NCBI GenBank assembly: GCA_964409765.1 | Contig: CAYPEM010000003.1 | Location: 80,645-144,644 of the forward strand | DNA: 64,000 nt | Origin: an uncultured Chitinophagaceae bacterium | GTDB lineage: Bacteria; Bacteroidota; Ignavibacteria; UBA10030; UBA8401 | Direction: 5' to 3' | In this document: one piece after another, positions 56,431 through 64,000 of the stretch | Layout of the letters: every line of letters starts with the position of its first letter | How positions within the stretch are numbered: the stretch's first letter is position 1 | Notes under the pieces: generated by a model | Seen by the model: the letters and a program-made list of their open reading frames with translations, nothing else | Database searches by the model: none | Told to the model about the DNA's origin: nothing | Program-made: the position numbers and the translations under genes

Positions 56431-57587
56431 TCTCTGCTGAAAAAATAACATCTTATCTCTATTGGTTTTTAGTACTTCAGGTATGTTTGATCTCAATTTC
56501 AGTTGCAGCCTCATCGATACTACTCTCACTGATTATCCTTTCCATAGTGTCCCTATTTTTTGTCGAACAAAAATGGATTCTTCCAAAGACTGCAATTGAT
56601 ATAGCATTTCTTTTGTATTGTGGTATCGAATTCATTACGGCATTAAACTCAGTGGAACAATTCGAAGCATTCAAAAATTCGAAAAGATTATTGTTGATTC
56701 TGATCGTGTATGGTGTGATCATTTCGTTCAATAATAAAGAGAAAATTCTTAGGGCGGTTCAGGTTCTTGCAGGAAGCGTCGGATTTCTGTCGCTGACCGA
56801 AATATATCTTTATTTTATCCATGGAGCTGAACGATTATATGTTTTTCAGCATTATATGACAACGGGTGGCTTAAAAATGATCGTGTCATTAATGGTTTTA
56901 CCATTTATTTTAAGCGCGGATATTAAAAAGAAAGACCGATTGTATTTTTTAACAGTATTCATACCCACGGCGGCTGCTCTTGTATTGACAAATACACGAA
57001 GTGCCTGGCTTGGACTGATCTTTGGAATTATTGTAATGAGCGTTCTGCATTATCGGAAATTGTTCGGAATTTTGATCATCGTCATTATACTTTTTTTTCA
57101 ATTCGCTCCTTCTCATCAAACCGACCGAGCAAAAAGTATTGTCGATTTTTCAAATCCCACCAATGTTGGAAGATTTAATATGTGGGAGACCGGAATACAG
57201 ATGTGGAAAGATAAACCGATACTTGGATTCGGTGATATTGATTTGTATAAAACATACTTAATGTACAGGACGCCAACAGGAGACGAACCTGCCGGACACC
57301 TGCATAACAATTATGTTCATTTGTTGGTTACACTGGGTGGTGCCGGGTTACTTATAGTTCTGTTTTTGTTTTTTATGATCTTAAAAACTGAATTCGGAAT
57401 TTTTTCAATAAATAAAACAGATCCTTTGATTAGGAACATTTCTCTTGGAGCTCTTTCGGTTTTTTTCGGTTTTATGGTCAATGGATTGTTCGAATGGAAT
57501 TTTGGTGATCACGAAATTATGGTCTTCGTTTGGTTTACGGTTGGTTTAAGTGTAGCGGCAGATAGAACAATAAAAAATATCCCATGA
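56427..57587 (+). CDS. O-antigen ligase/polymerase family (Wzy_C domain) membrane protein
   Basis: About 11 TM helices. Wzy_C-type loop LTNTRSAWLGLIFG...GFGD...HLHNNYVH. ATGA overlaps on both sides. Confidence 0.7.
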   Translation: MISAEKITSYLYWFLVLQVCLISISVAASSILLSLIILSIVSLFFVEQKWILPKTAIDIAFLLYCGIEFITALNSVEQFEAFKNSKRLLLILIVYGVIISFNNKEKILRAVQVLAGSVGFLSLTEIYLYFIHGAERLYVFQHYMTTGGLKMIVSLMVLPFILSADIKKKDRLYFLTVFIPTAAALVLTNTRSAWLGLIFGIIVMSVLHYRKLFGILIIVIILFFQFAPSHQTDRAKSIVDFSNPTNVGRFNMWETGIQMWKDKPILGFGDIDLYKTYLMYRTPTGDEPAGHLHNNYVHLLVTLGGAGLLIVLFLFFMILKTEFGIFSINKTDPLIRNISLGALSVFFGFMVNGLFEWNFGDHEIMVFVWFTVGLSVAADRTIKNIP

Positions 57588-58342
57588 AATCTCAGCTTTC
57601 AGTTATCGTTATTACAAAGAATGAGGCTCACAATATTGAAGCTTGTCTTCAAAGCGTTTCCTTTGCTGATGATATCGTTATTGTCGATGCTGAGAGTAAT
57701 GATGACACTGTTCTGAAATCAAAAAAATTTACCAACTCAGTGTTTGTAAAACCTTGGCTTGGATTTGCTTCTGCAAAACAGTTCGCAGTTCAGCAAACTA
57801 AGCATCAGTGGATATTGTGGCTTGATGCAGATGAACGAGTAATGCCGGATCTTGCAGATGAAATTAAGAACTTACTATACAGCAATCCTAGCCACGCTGC
57901 GTTCACAGTATCACGTCGAGCCTATTTCCTTGGACGGTGGATCCGTCATTCAGGATGGTATCCCGGAAGAGTAGCTCGATTATTTCATAAAGAGCATGCA
58001 GAATTTAATGATGCAGCGGTTCATGAAGGTTTGATCATTCATGGTTCTCAAGGTGAACTTCGAAATGATCTGATGCATTTTACCGATCCGAATATCTATC
58101 ATTATTTTTCAAAGTTCAATCGATACACCTCGCTTGCGACCGATGAGCTTGCAAAAAAAGGAAAAATATTCAAACTTACTGATATTATCATCCGTCCATG
58201 GTGGCAATTTGTGCGGATGTATTTCATACGATTTGGTTTCCTTGACGGAATTCAAGGACTATTACTTGCGCTTTTTTCATCGGCATATGTATTCACAAAA
58301 TATGCTAAATTGTGGGAACGGAATTCTACCATTAAACAATAA
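57584..58342 (+). CDS. Family 2 glycosyltransferase (paralog of 53747-54553)
   Basis: [38 protein letters not shown] and LDADERV. Collinear with the other GT2 along its whole length (e.g. GWYPG, VHEG, LDGIQG/RDGIYG). Confidence 0.8.
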   Translation: MKSQLSVIVITKNEAHNIEACLQSVSFADDIVIVDAESNDDTVLKSKKFTNSVFVKPWLGFASAKQFAVQQTKHQWILWLDADERVMPDLADEIKNLLYSNPSHAAFTVSRRAYFLGRWIRHSGWYPGRVARLFHKEHAEFNDAAVHEGLIIHGSQGELRNDLMHFTDPNIYHYFSKFNRYTSLATDELAKKGKIFKLTDIIIRPWWQFVRMYFIRFGFLDGIQGLLLALFSSAYVFTKYAKLWERNSTIKQ

Positions 58343-58350
58343 TTACTTCT

Positions 58351-58623
58351 ATGAATTCAAATGAGAAACAACAAATGCTTTTCGTTCAATTAGTATCATC
58401 ACTTCATGGTGCTGCACTGATGCAATTAGGGAAGATGAAGAATCCTGCTACCGATAAACTTGAACGGAATATCGAACAAGCTGAACTGACGATAGAAATG
58501 CTGGATATGCTGAAAGATAAGACCAAAGGAAATCTTACCAATGATGAAGAAAAATTTGTTACTACAGTCATCAGTGAAGTGAAGTTGAATTATGTTGATG
58601 AGAAAGCAAAAGAATCAAAATGA
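58351..58623 (+). CDS. DUF1844-family small protein
   Basis: LFVQLVSSLHGAALMQLGKMKNPATDK...AELTIEMLDMLKDKTKGNLTNDEE matches the DUF1844 pattern as I remember it. 90 aa. Confidence 0.6.
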   Translation: MNSNEKQQMLFVQLVSSLHGAALMQLGKMKNPATDKLERNIEQAELTIEMLDMLKDKTKGNLTNDEEKFVTTVISEVKLNYVDEKAKESK

Positions 58624-59522
58624 AAATTGGTGTCATTGGAAATACGATAAAAGACTCACTGCCGAATGCTATCATTGCGTTGATGCAGCTTGGTCCTAAA
58701 TATAATCTTGAATTTTTCATTCATGAAGAATTATCTCATGTGTTGAAAAAAAAGGGGGGAGACATTGTTTCCCAAAGACAATTTCTTCCATCGGCAGATT
58801 TGGTAGCGGAAAGTGATGTTATTGTTGCTTTCGGCGGGGATGGTACGATCTTATCAGCTGCAAGAATGGTGGGAAAATCGAATGTGCCGATACTTGGTAT
58901 CAATCTTGGCAAATTAGGATTTCTTGCAGAAGTTTCACTAGAAGAATTGGAACCGTTCATTCATGATGTCATCATCGGACAACATGTCATAGAAGAACGG
59001 ATGATGTTGAAAACAACGATTGAAAGAGATAACAGCGTTTTATATTCAATGAATGATGTTGTGATCGACAATAGTACCTCGTCGCGGCTTATTCATATTT
59101 CAGTTTATGTCAATAATGACTATCTGGTAAGTTATTCAGGAGATGGAGTAATTCTTGCGACCCCGACAGGTTCAACGGCATATTCATTGGCGGCAGGAGG
59201 GCCAATTGTTGTACCTACAACAAGTGTGATCGTTGTGCAGCCGATCTCACCGCATTCACTTTCTGCACGTACGGTGATTATTCCTGACTCAAGTAAAATT
59301 AGAATTGTTGTTGAACATCTTTCCAACGAAGCCCGGGTGACAGCAGACGGTCAGACGGAAAAGATCTTCGCGCCTCCGTTGGACATTTATATTGAGAAGG
59401 CTGAATATTCGGTGAAACTGATCAAACGAAAAGATAGAAGTTATTATGATGTCCTTAGAGCAAAACTATTGTGGGGAAGTGATATTCGTTTGGTCAAAGG
59501 AGAGACTGATGAGCATCTTTAA
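58620..59522 (+). CDS. nadK: NAD kinase
   Basis: GGDGT motif (VIVAFGGDGTILSAAR), NLGKLGFL, and TPTGSTAYSLAAGGPIV. Confidence 0.93.
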   Translation: MKIGVIGNTIKDSLPNAIIALMQLGPKYNLEFFIHEELSHVLKKKGGDIVSQRQFLPSADLVAESDVIVAFGGDGTILSAARMVGKSNVPILGINLGKLGFLAEVSLEELEPFIHDVIIGQHVIEERMMLKTTIERDNSVLYSMNDVVIDNSTSSRLIHISVYVNNDYLVSYSGDGVILATPTGSTAYSLAAGGPIVVPTTSVIVVQPISPHSLSARTVIIPDSSKIRIVVEHLSNEARVTADGQTEKIFAPPLDIYIEKAEYSVKLIKRKDRSYYDVLRAKLLWGSDIRLVKGETDEHL

Positions 59523-60024
59523 AAATATTATCCTCTTTGGAATTACTTTCTTTTTATTGCCCGGTTGTTCATCTCAACAATTTCAGGTTGAAGTAGAACC
59601 ATCCGGCACAAGAGTGATCAAAGGAATATTTGAACGGACAGATCTGGAACACGATTCTACATTCACTTGGTACAAAACTAATTATTCTTCGTACGCTGTT
59701 GACCCGACAACACTGCAGGATATTACCATACTTTCTAATGACATCCGCTATATATTAGTCGTTGGCACATGGTGCGGAGATTCAAAAAGGGAAGTTCCAC
59801 ATCTTTTCAAAATATTTGATGCTGCTAAAATTTCTGATCATCAATTATTAATGATTGGGGTGGACCGATCTAAAAAAAGTGACGATGGATTTACTGAAAA
59901 ATACAATATTCAGAGAGTTCCAACTCTTGTTATCTTGAAGGGTGATCAGGAACTTGGACGAATTGTTGAAAATCCAAGGGAATCGCTGGAAAAGGATCTC
60001 GTCCGAATTTTACAGAAACAATAA
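59509..60024 (+). CDS. Thioredoxin-fold lipoprotein with a monothiol WCGDS motif
   Basis: Start at ATG 59509 (MSIFKNIILFGITFFLLPGC|SS lipobox); the longer ORF from 59446 lies inside nadK. Trx-fold pattern VVGTWCGDSKREVP...VPTLVIL. Confidence 0.65.
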   Translation: MSIFKNIILFGITFFLLPGCSSQQFQVEVEPSGTRVIKGIFERTDLEHDSTFTWYKTNYSSYAVDPTTLQDITILSNDIRYILVVGTWCGDSKREVPHLFKIFDAAKISDHQLLMIGVDRSKKSDDGFTEKYNIQRVPTLVILKGDQELGRIVENPRESLEKDLVRILQKQ

Positions 60025-60055
60025 ATAATTTCAGAAAATAATTCAATTCCGAAAT

Positions 60056-60466
60056 TCACTTTATTTTTTTTGCTCCTTCCATGATCCAGATTTTAAAGCC
60101 TCGGATTTGATTGGCAGTTAATGAACGCTGAGGGGGCATAGGATTAACTCCTAATTGACCTTCAATTCTCCAGATGAGACGACTTTTTGCGGTATCTTTT
60201 GCAATGACCACATCATATGATCGCTGCATCAGACTTTCATAGCTTGTAAGGTCGAGATCACTCGCTTTGGTTCTAACATCATGACATCCCTCGTTGATAC
60301 ATCCAATATTGAACAATGGTTGAATTGTCGAGTTATAATCAACATTCGACTCGGGGAAAACTATCTTATCTATGTTTGAGATGGAATTCCCAGTGGTATC
60401 TTCACACGAAGAGCATGCGATGAACATTCCTACGAGCAATAATTTTACGGCAACTGCACGCATCAT
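60056..60466 (-). CDS. Small lipoprotein with a PSCyt1-like (planctomycete cytochrome c-like) domain and a CX4CH motif
   Basis: Lipobox MFIAC|SS. IQPLFNIGCINEGCHD...DLDLTSYESLM...NPMPP...LTANQIRGFKIWIMEGA follows the PSCyt1 layout as I remember it, but the usual CxxCH reads CINEGCH. Its ATG overlaps the upstream gene's stop by 4 nt. Confidence 0.45.
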   Translation of the reverse strand: MMRAVAVKLLLVGMFIACSSCEDTTGNSISNIDKIVFPESNVDYNSTIQPLFNIGCINEGCHDVRTKASDLDLTSYESLMQRSYDVVIAKDTAKSRLIWRIEGQLGVNPMPPQRSLTANQIRGFKIWIMEGAKKIK

Positions 60467-61959
60467 TCTTCTGTTTCCTTGATCCTTCCTTCAATCACAC
60501 TATTGATCACTTTTTGTTTCTTTACTGCTTCTATAAGAATGTCTCTATCGTTGATATTCAGCGGTGTGATCTCAGAGGCAGGAATACTAACATTGAAATA
60601 TTTTTTTGACTGCGCCGCAACGTAATTATTCGTTACAATGGAATATATCTTTGAATCGACGACAAGCTCGTTATTCACTTTTAGATTGTGTAGAATCCTA
60701 TTACCATTGCTGTTCTTATAGACAATCTTTAACCCCGAGACCTGACAGAAATCATCGCCGATGGATAGTTGATACTGCATCATTGAACGCAGTGTTGCTC
60801 CATCAACTGAGAATGTGACCAGTAAGTTTCCGAATGGACTGATCTCCCACAAGTCACGGACTTTGATCTTTCCAGCGAGCAATTCTTTGCGTATTCCACC
60901 GCTATTTTGGATTGCGATATCCGTTTTTGCAAAGTTACGCATCGCATCGCATATCCAGTTACCGAGGTTGCTTTCGCCTTTGCTGCTGCGAAGCCAATCG
61001 GATCTTAATTCTCCGATCGGTTCATCCAGTTCTTTCGCGGCAAGATTTTCCAACTCTTCTACTTTCTTAGCAATCACCGGATCAGGAGTAACATCGGCAC
61101 TTCTGCATTCTATCAACTCTGAATATGATTTTATAACAGTATCACTTTGAGTATCAACCGTAATATCAATCTTTCCAAGCCATCGTCCGCGCGAACCTGC
61201 TTGTGTGATCAGGATTCCGTTCACACGTTTTGGCTTAAAAAGAGGGGTATGGCTGTGGCCGCCGACAATAATGTCAATATCAGGAGAAGCTAATGCAAGC
61301 ATACTGTCTCCTTCAACACCAACGTGAGTCAATGCGATGATAAGATCGACATTTTGCATCTTTAATTCCGGTACGATCGCATTCACTGTTTCTGATAATT
61401 TTTTAACATCCAAATTCTTTACATTTTCGGGAAGGGAGAGTGAATGAAGTTCTTCAGTCATCAATCCGATAATGCCGATCTTTACATTATTGATCGTTTT
61501 AATGGTGTATGGAGTGGCAAAGTTCTTTGCATTTTTAGCATCAAAAAGATTTGCAGCAAGGACGATAAATTTGCTCGCTTTGATACTCTCCGTGACATTT
61601 TCTCTGCCGTAATCAAATTCATGATTTCCTAGTTCCATAGCATCGGGCATCAACATATTCATCAATTCAATCTGTGATTTTCCTTTAGTGATGGTAGAGA
61701 TAGGAGTCCCCTGAAAATCGTCACCGGCATTCAGCAACAACACATTCGGAGATTCGGCTTTATATTTTTTGATATATGATGAAAGCGTAGCACTTCCTCC
61801 GACAAAAAATGTCGTATCCGTATTCGTTGTTCGATTCTTGGTTTTAACCTGAAATGGAAGATTTTGCGAATGAAGATCATTCCAATGCAAAATCGTAATT
61901 TGAGATTGTTGTGCAAATAGTAAAGATGCAACGAACGAGAGAAGTGCAAATAGTTTCAT
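60463..61959 (-). CDS. Bifunctional metallophosphatase / 5'-nucleotidase family protein (UshA-like), secreted
   Basis: Signal peptide. Calcineurin-like motifs in order: HWNDLHS, AGDDFQGT, GNHEFD, LTHVG, GGHSH. C-terminal 5'-nucleotidase substrate domain. Confidence 0.85.
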   Translation of the reverse strand: MKLFALLSFVASLLFAQQSQITILHWNDLHSQNLPFQVKTKNRTTNTDTTFFVGGSATLSSYIKKYKAESPNVLLLNAGDDFQGTPISTITKGKSQIELMNMLMPDAMELGNHEFDYGRENVTESIKASKFIVLAANLFDAKNAKNFATPYTIKTINNVKIGIIGLMTEELHSLSLPENVKNLDVKKLSETVNAIVPELKMQNVDLIIALTHVGVEGDSMLALASPDIDIIVGGHSHTPLFKPKRVNGILITQAGSRGRWLGKIDITVDTQSDTVIKSYSELIECRSADVTPDPVIAKKVEELENLAAKELDEPIGELRSDWLRSSKGESNLGNWICDAMRNFAKTDIAIQNSGGIRKELLAGKIKVRDLWEISPFGNLLVTFSVDGATLRSMMQYQLSIGDDFCQVSGLKIVYKNSNGNRILHNLKVNNELVVDSKIYSIVTNNYVAAQSKKYFNVSIPASEITPLNINDRDILIEAVKKQKVINSVIEGRIKETEE

Positions 61960-62023
61960 AGTTTTCCTTATATTGATATATTAAATATAAGGAATGTTAT
62001 CCGAAAAAATATTATAATCTTCT

Positions 62024-62725
62024 ATGAAAAATATTATAATTTTTATCATACTGTTCAGCAGTCTGTTAGTATCCCAAGACTTTGGATACGAGTATTTGAT
62101 GTTATCCGAATATCGAGCCCTAAACGGAGGATATCATCAGCAGAAATTCTCTCCGCGAAATTCAAATACTCTCGCTGATTCTGCAGTAATACGTTTTTCA
62201 ACAGCATTACCAACAATAGAACTTCGCCAAAATAACGGACGTTTATCTGTAGGATATCAAACCTATGTAGATCTATCAGGGAAAAGCAAGGAATCTTTTT
62301 CAGTATATGGTGAAACCCATAATGATATCGCATTGACGGACCGTAAGAACCAAAGTGCAGCATTAGTTGTACCGATAGTTGTTGCCGCTAATTATGTCCG
62401 GGCAGAATCTCCGAATAACGGAATAAAAGATTTCGATATTGGAAGTCTTGGATTGGGAACAGGATTGAAATTTAAACATTTTGAACGGAGTTTCGGACTG
62501 CAGGCATTTGTTATCGGTACGATTTACTATTCCTCAGAAGGATTTAGCACGGAATACGGTTCACAGAATTCAGTTGCGGCGGAGTTACAGTGTATTATTC
62601 CTGAAATTATTTATGAAGGGATGATCGTTGGATATCGTTTTGAATCCCAGCGCTGGAATATGAATGACGTATCACTCAATTACCAACGTCAATACCATGG
62701 ATTATTTGCCGGATTTTTATTCTGA
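62024..62725 (+). CDS. Hypothetical outer-membrane beta-barrel protein
   Basis: Signal peptide MKNIIIFIILFSSLLVSQ. Alternating-hydrophobicity strands. C-terminal aromatic signature ...YHGLFAGFLF. Confidence 0.45.
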   Translation: MKNIIIFIILFSSLLVSQDFGYEYLMLSEYRALNGGYHQQKFSPRNSNTLADSAVIRFSTALPTIELRQNNGRLSVGYQTYVDLSGKSKESFSVYGETHNDIALTDRKNQSAALVVPIVVAANYVRAESPNNGIKDFDIGSLGLGTGLKFKHFERSFGLQAFVIGTIYYSSEGFSTEYGSQNSVAAELQCIIPEIIYEGMIVGYRFESQRWNMNDVSLNYQRQYHGLFAGFLF

Positions 62726-62730
62726 AAATA

Positions 62731-63999
62731 TTATTTACTTTTTTTGAAGGTTTGAATTCGTTCGATATAGGCAGTAACATTAAATTTATTTTTGCATCCA
62801 TTGTAATTCATATACCGAATTTTCCCAAAGACCGGCCGTTCAAACCACGCTCGATCATGAACACCTCCAATGCTCCATGCCATTCCCGTATATCCATTTG
62901 GATCGCGTCCGTCTAATTCATATTTGTCATTCAAATAATTTCCGATCATCAATGCTTCTTCCGGTGAGGGAGTCCATTCAAGAATCTTTTTCGCCCAGTA
63001 CATTCGCATATAGCCATGCATTTTTCCGGTAAAGACCATTTCATTTTGCGCTGCATTCCATAGTTCATCATGTGTCTGGGCCTGTTCAAATTGATCTACC
63101 GTGTATAGATATTCCCTTTTATCATTTCGATGTTGATTAATGGATAATTGTGCCCAAGCTGGAAATCCTTCAAACGAATCATAGTTCTTGTTGTAGTACG
63201 TAAAATTATCGGCAATCTCTCTGCGGATGATCAACTCTTCTAAAAATGCTTCTTCATTGCCTAGTCCGGTTTCGGGTTTTATTGCGGATCCATTCTTTTT
63301 CTTTTGAACAATATCTTGAATGTTTTTCCCGCTCAATTGAATGACTTCTAACGCAACTCTTTGCGGAGCAAGGTGTCCAAAGTGCAGATATGGCGAGAGG
63401 TTCGATTGTCCATTTATCGTTGGATCGTTTCTATCATTATTATAGAGTTGTAATCGATTTTTTAGAAAATCATTCAATGCACTCTGTGCTGAATTCTCCC
63501 CGGGCTTGATCCATTCTACTTCTGTAACTGTGCGATCGATCTGTAAACTTTTATTCGATTTCTTCCAGTCAATTCTTGGAACAGTTGTATTCCAATCGAA
63601 AGGGTGCTTTCGTACTTTCGGAAAGTCATCCAAAAATTCCGGGAGCAGACGGTGGATCTTTGGTCTGATCGTATACGCTCCGAATTCCTGCTTTTCTGAT
63701 GCGACGCGCGCCGGAACGATATTATGTGCGTCAACTTCATAAAAAGAGGAATTGAACTTTTTGGCAACGGAGCTCTTATACTGATCGATAATGTTCAGCG
63801 GATTAAAATCGGTGACAAGTTTTGTCACTTTATACTGAGAAACGAATTTTGGGATTTCAATTTCGGGAGTTCCAAGGAGGAGAAAGAACGGTATGCTCTT
63901 TTCCATTAAAAGAAGTTCAGTTTCTTGAAATCCCTTCAATATGAAACCATATGACCGCTCTGTTGCTTCAAGAAATGTCGGAGGAAGGCAAAATACTAC
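62731..63999 (-). CDS. phr: Class II CPD photolyase (deoxyribodipyrimidine photo-lyase); N-terminus outside the window
   Basis: C-terminal FAD domain motifs GKMHGYMRMYWAKKILEW, YELDGRDPNGYTGMAWSIGGVHDRAW and FGKIRYMNYNGCKNKF. The frame stays open past the TTG at 63939 to the window edge (..VVFCLPPTFLEATERSYGFI..). Confidence 0.88.
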   Translation of the reverse strand, partial: VVFCLPPTFLEATERSYGFILKGFQETELLLMEKSIPFFLLLGTPEIEIPKFVSQYKVTKLVTDFNPLNIIDQYKSSVAKKFNSSFYEVDAHNIVPARVASEKQEFGAYTIRPKIHRLLPEFLDDFPKVRKHPFDWNTTVPRIDWKKSNKSLQIDRTVTEVEWIKPGENSAQSALNDFLKNRLQLYNNDRNDPTINGQSNLSPYLHFGHLAPQRVALEVIQLSGKNIQDIVQKKKNGSAIKPETGLGNEEAFLEELIIRREIADNFTYYNKNYDSFEGFPAWAQLSINQHRNDKREYLYTVDQFEQAQTHDELWNAAQNEMVFTGKMHGYMRMYWAKKILEWTPSPEEALMIGNYLNDKYELDGRDPNGYTGMAWSIGGVHDRAWFERPVFGKIRYMNYNGCKNKFNVTAYIERIQTFKKSK

Positions 64000-64000
64000 A

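Overview
AT-rich, very densely coding chromosomal segment of a diderm bacterium. It most resembles the FCB superphylum (Ignavibacteria/Bacteroidota-like): three large secreted proteins end in near-identical T9SS Por_Secre_tail C-terminal domains (..YPNPFNP..), and Lol and MsbA/WaaL-type envelope genes are present. Most of the window is core housekeeping. Plus strand: tRNA-Arg(CCU), proS, dnaE, trxA, aspS, prfB (with its classical programmed +1 frameshift), lolE/lolC/lolD, CIRCE-controlled groES-groEL, leuS, an LPS module (GT2-msbA-ligase-GT2) and nadK. Minus strand: argH, the prs-rplY-pth-rpsF-rpsR-rplI string, and a pgsA-pgpA-cinA / recA-recX-AI-2E transporter-exonuclease string. I saw no rRNA, CRISPR array, transposase, prophage or obvious defence island, and no convincing brand-new multi-gene system. 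The best candidate for something under-described is a terminator-bounded PilC/PilB module (8967-13799). It is followed by three pilin-like proteins that lack the canonical prepilin signal, then by an unusually short YD-repeat secreted protein. Other items worth checking: a tyrosine-recombinase-like protein that appears to have lost catalytic residues; a T9SS-exported LTD/OB/FN3/PLD (2x HKD) enzyme; a T9SS-exported peptidoglycan amidase translationally coupled to a TMEM175-type channel; an AtuA-family gene pair embedded between aspS and prfB; a small PSCyt-like lipoprotein with a CX4CH motif coupled to a 5'-nucleotidase-family enzyme; an S18 with an Arg/Gly-rich N-terminal extension; and a terminator-like hairpin in the aspS leader. 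All protein family calls come from motif recognition by eye, with no database search. Start codons were adjusted from the ORF track where signal peptides, RBS-like sequence or neighbouring genes argued for it.
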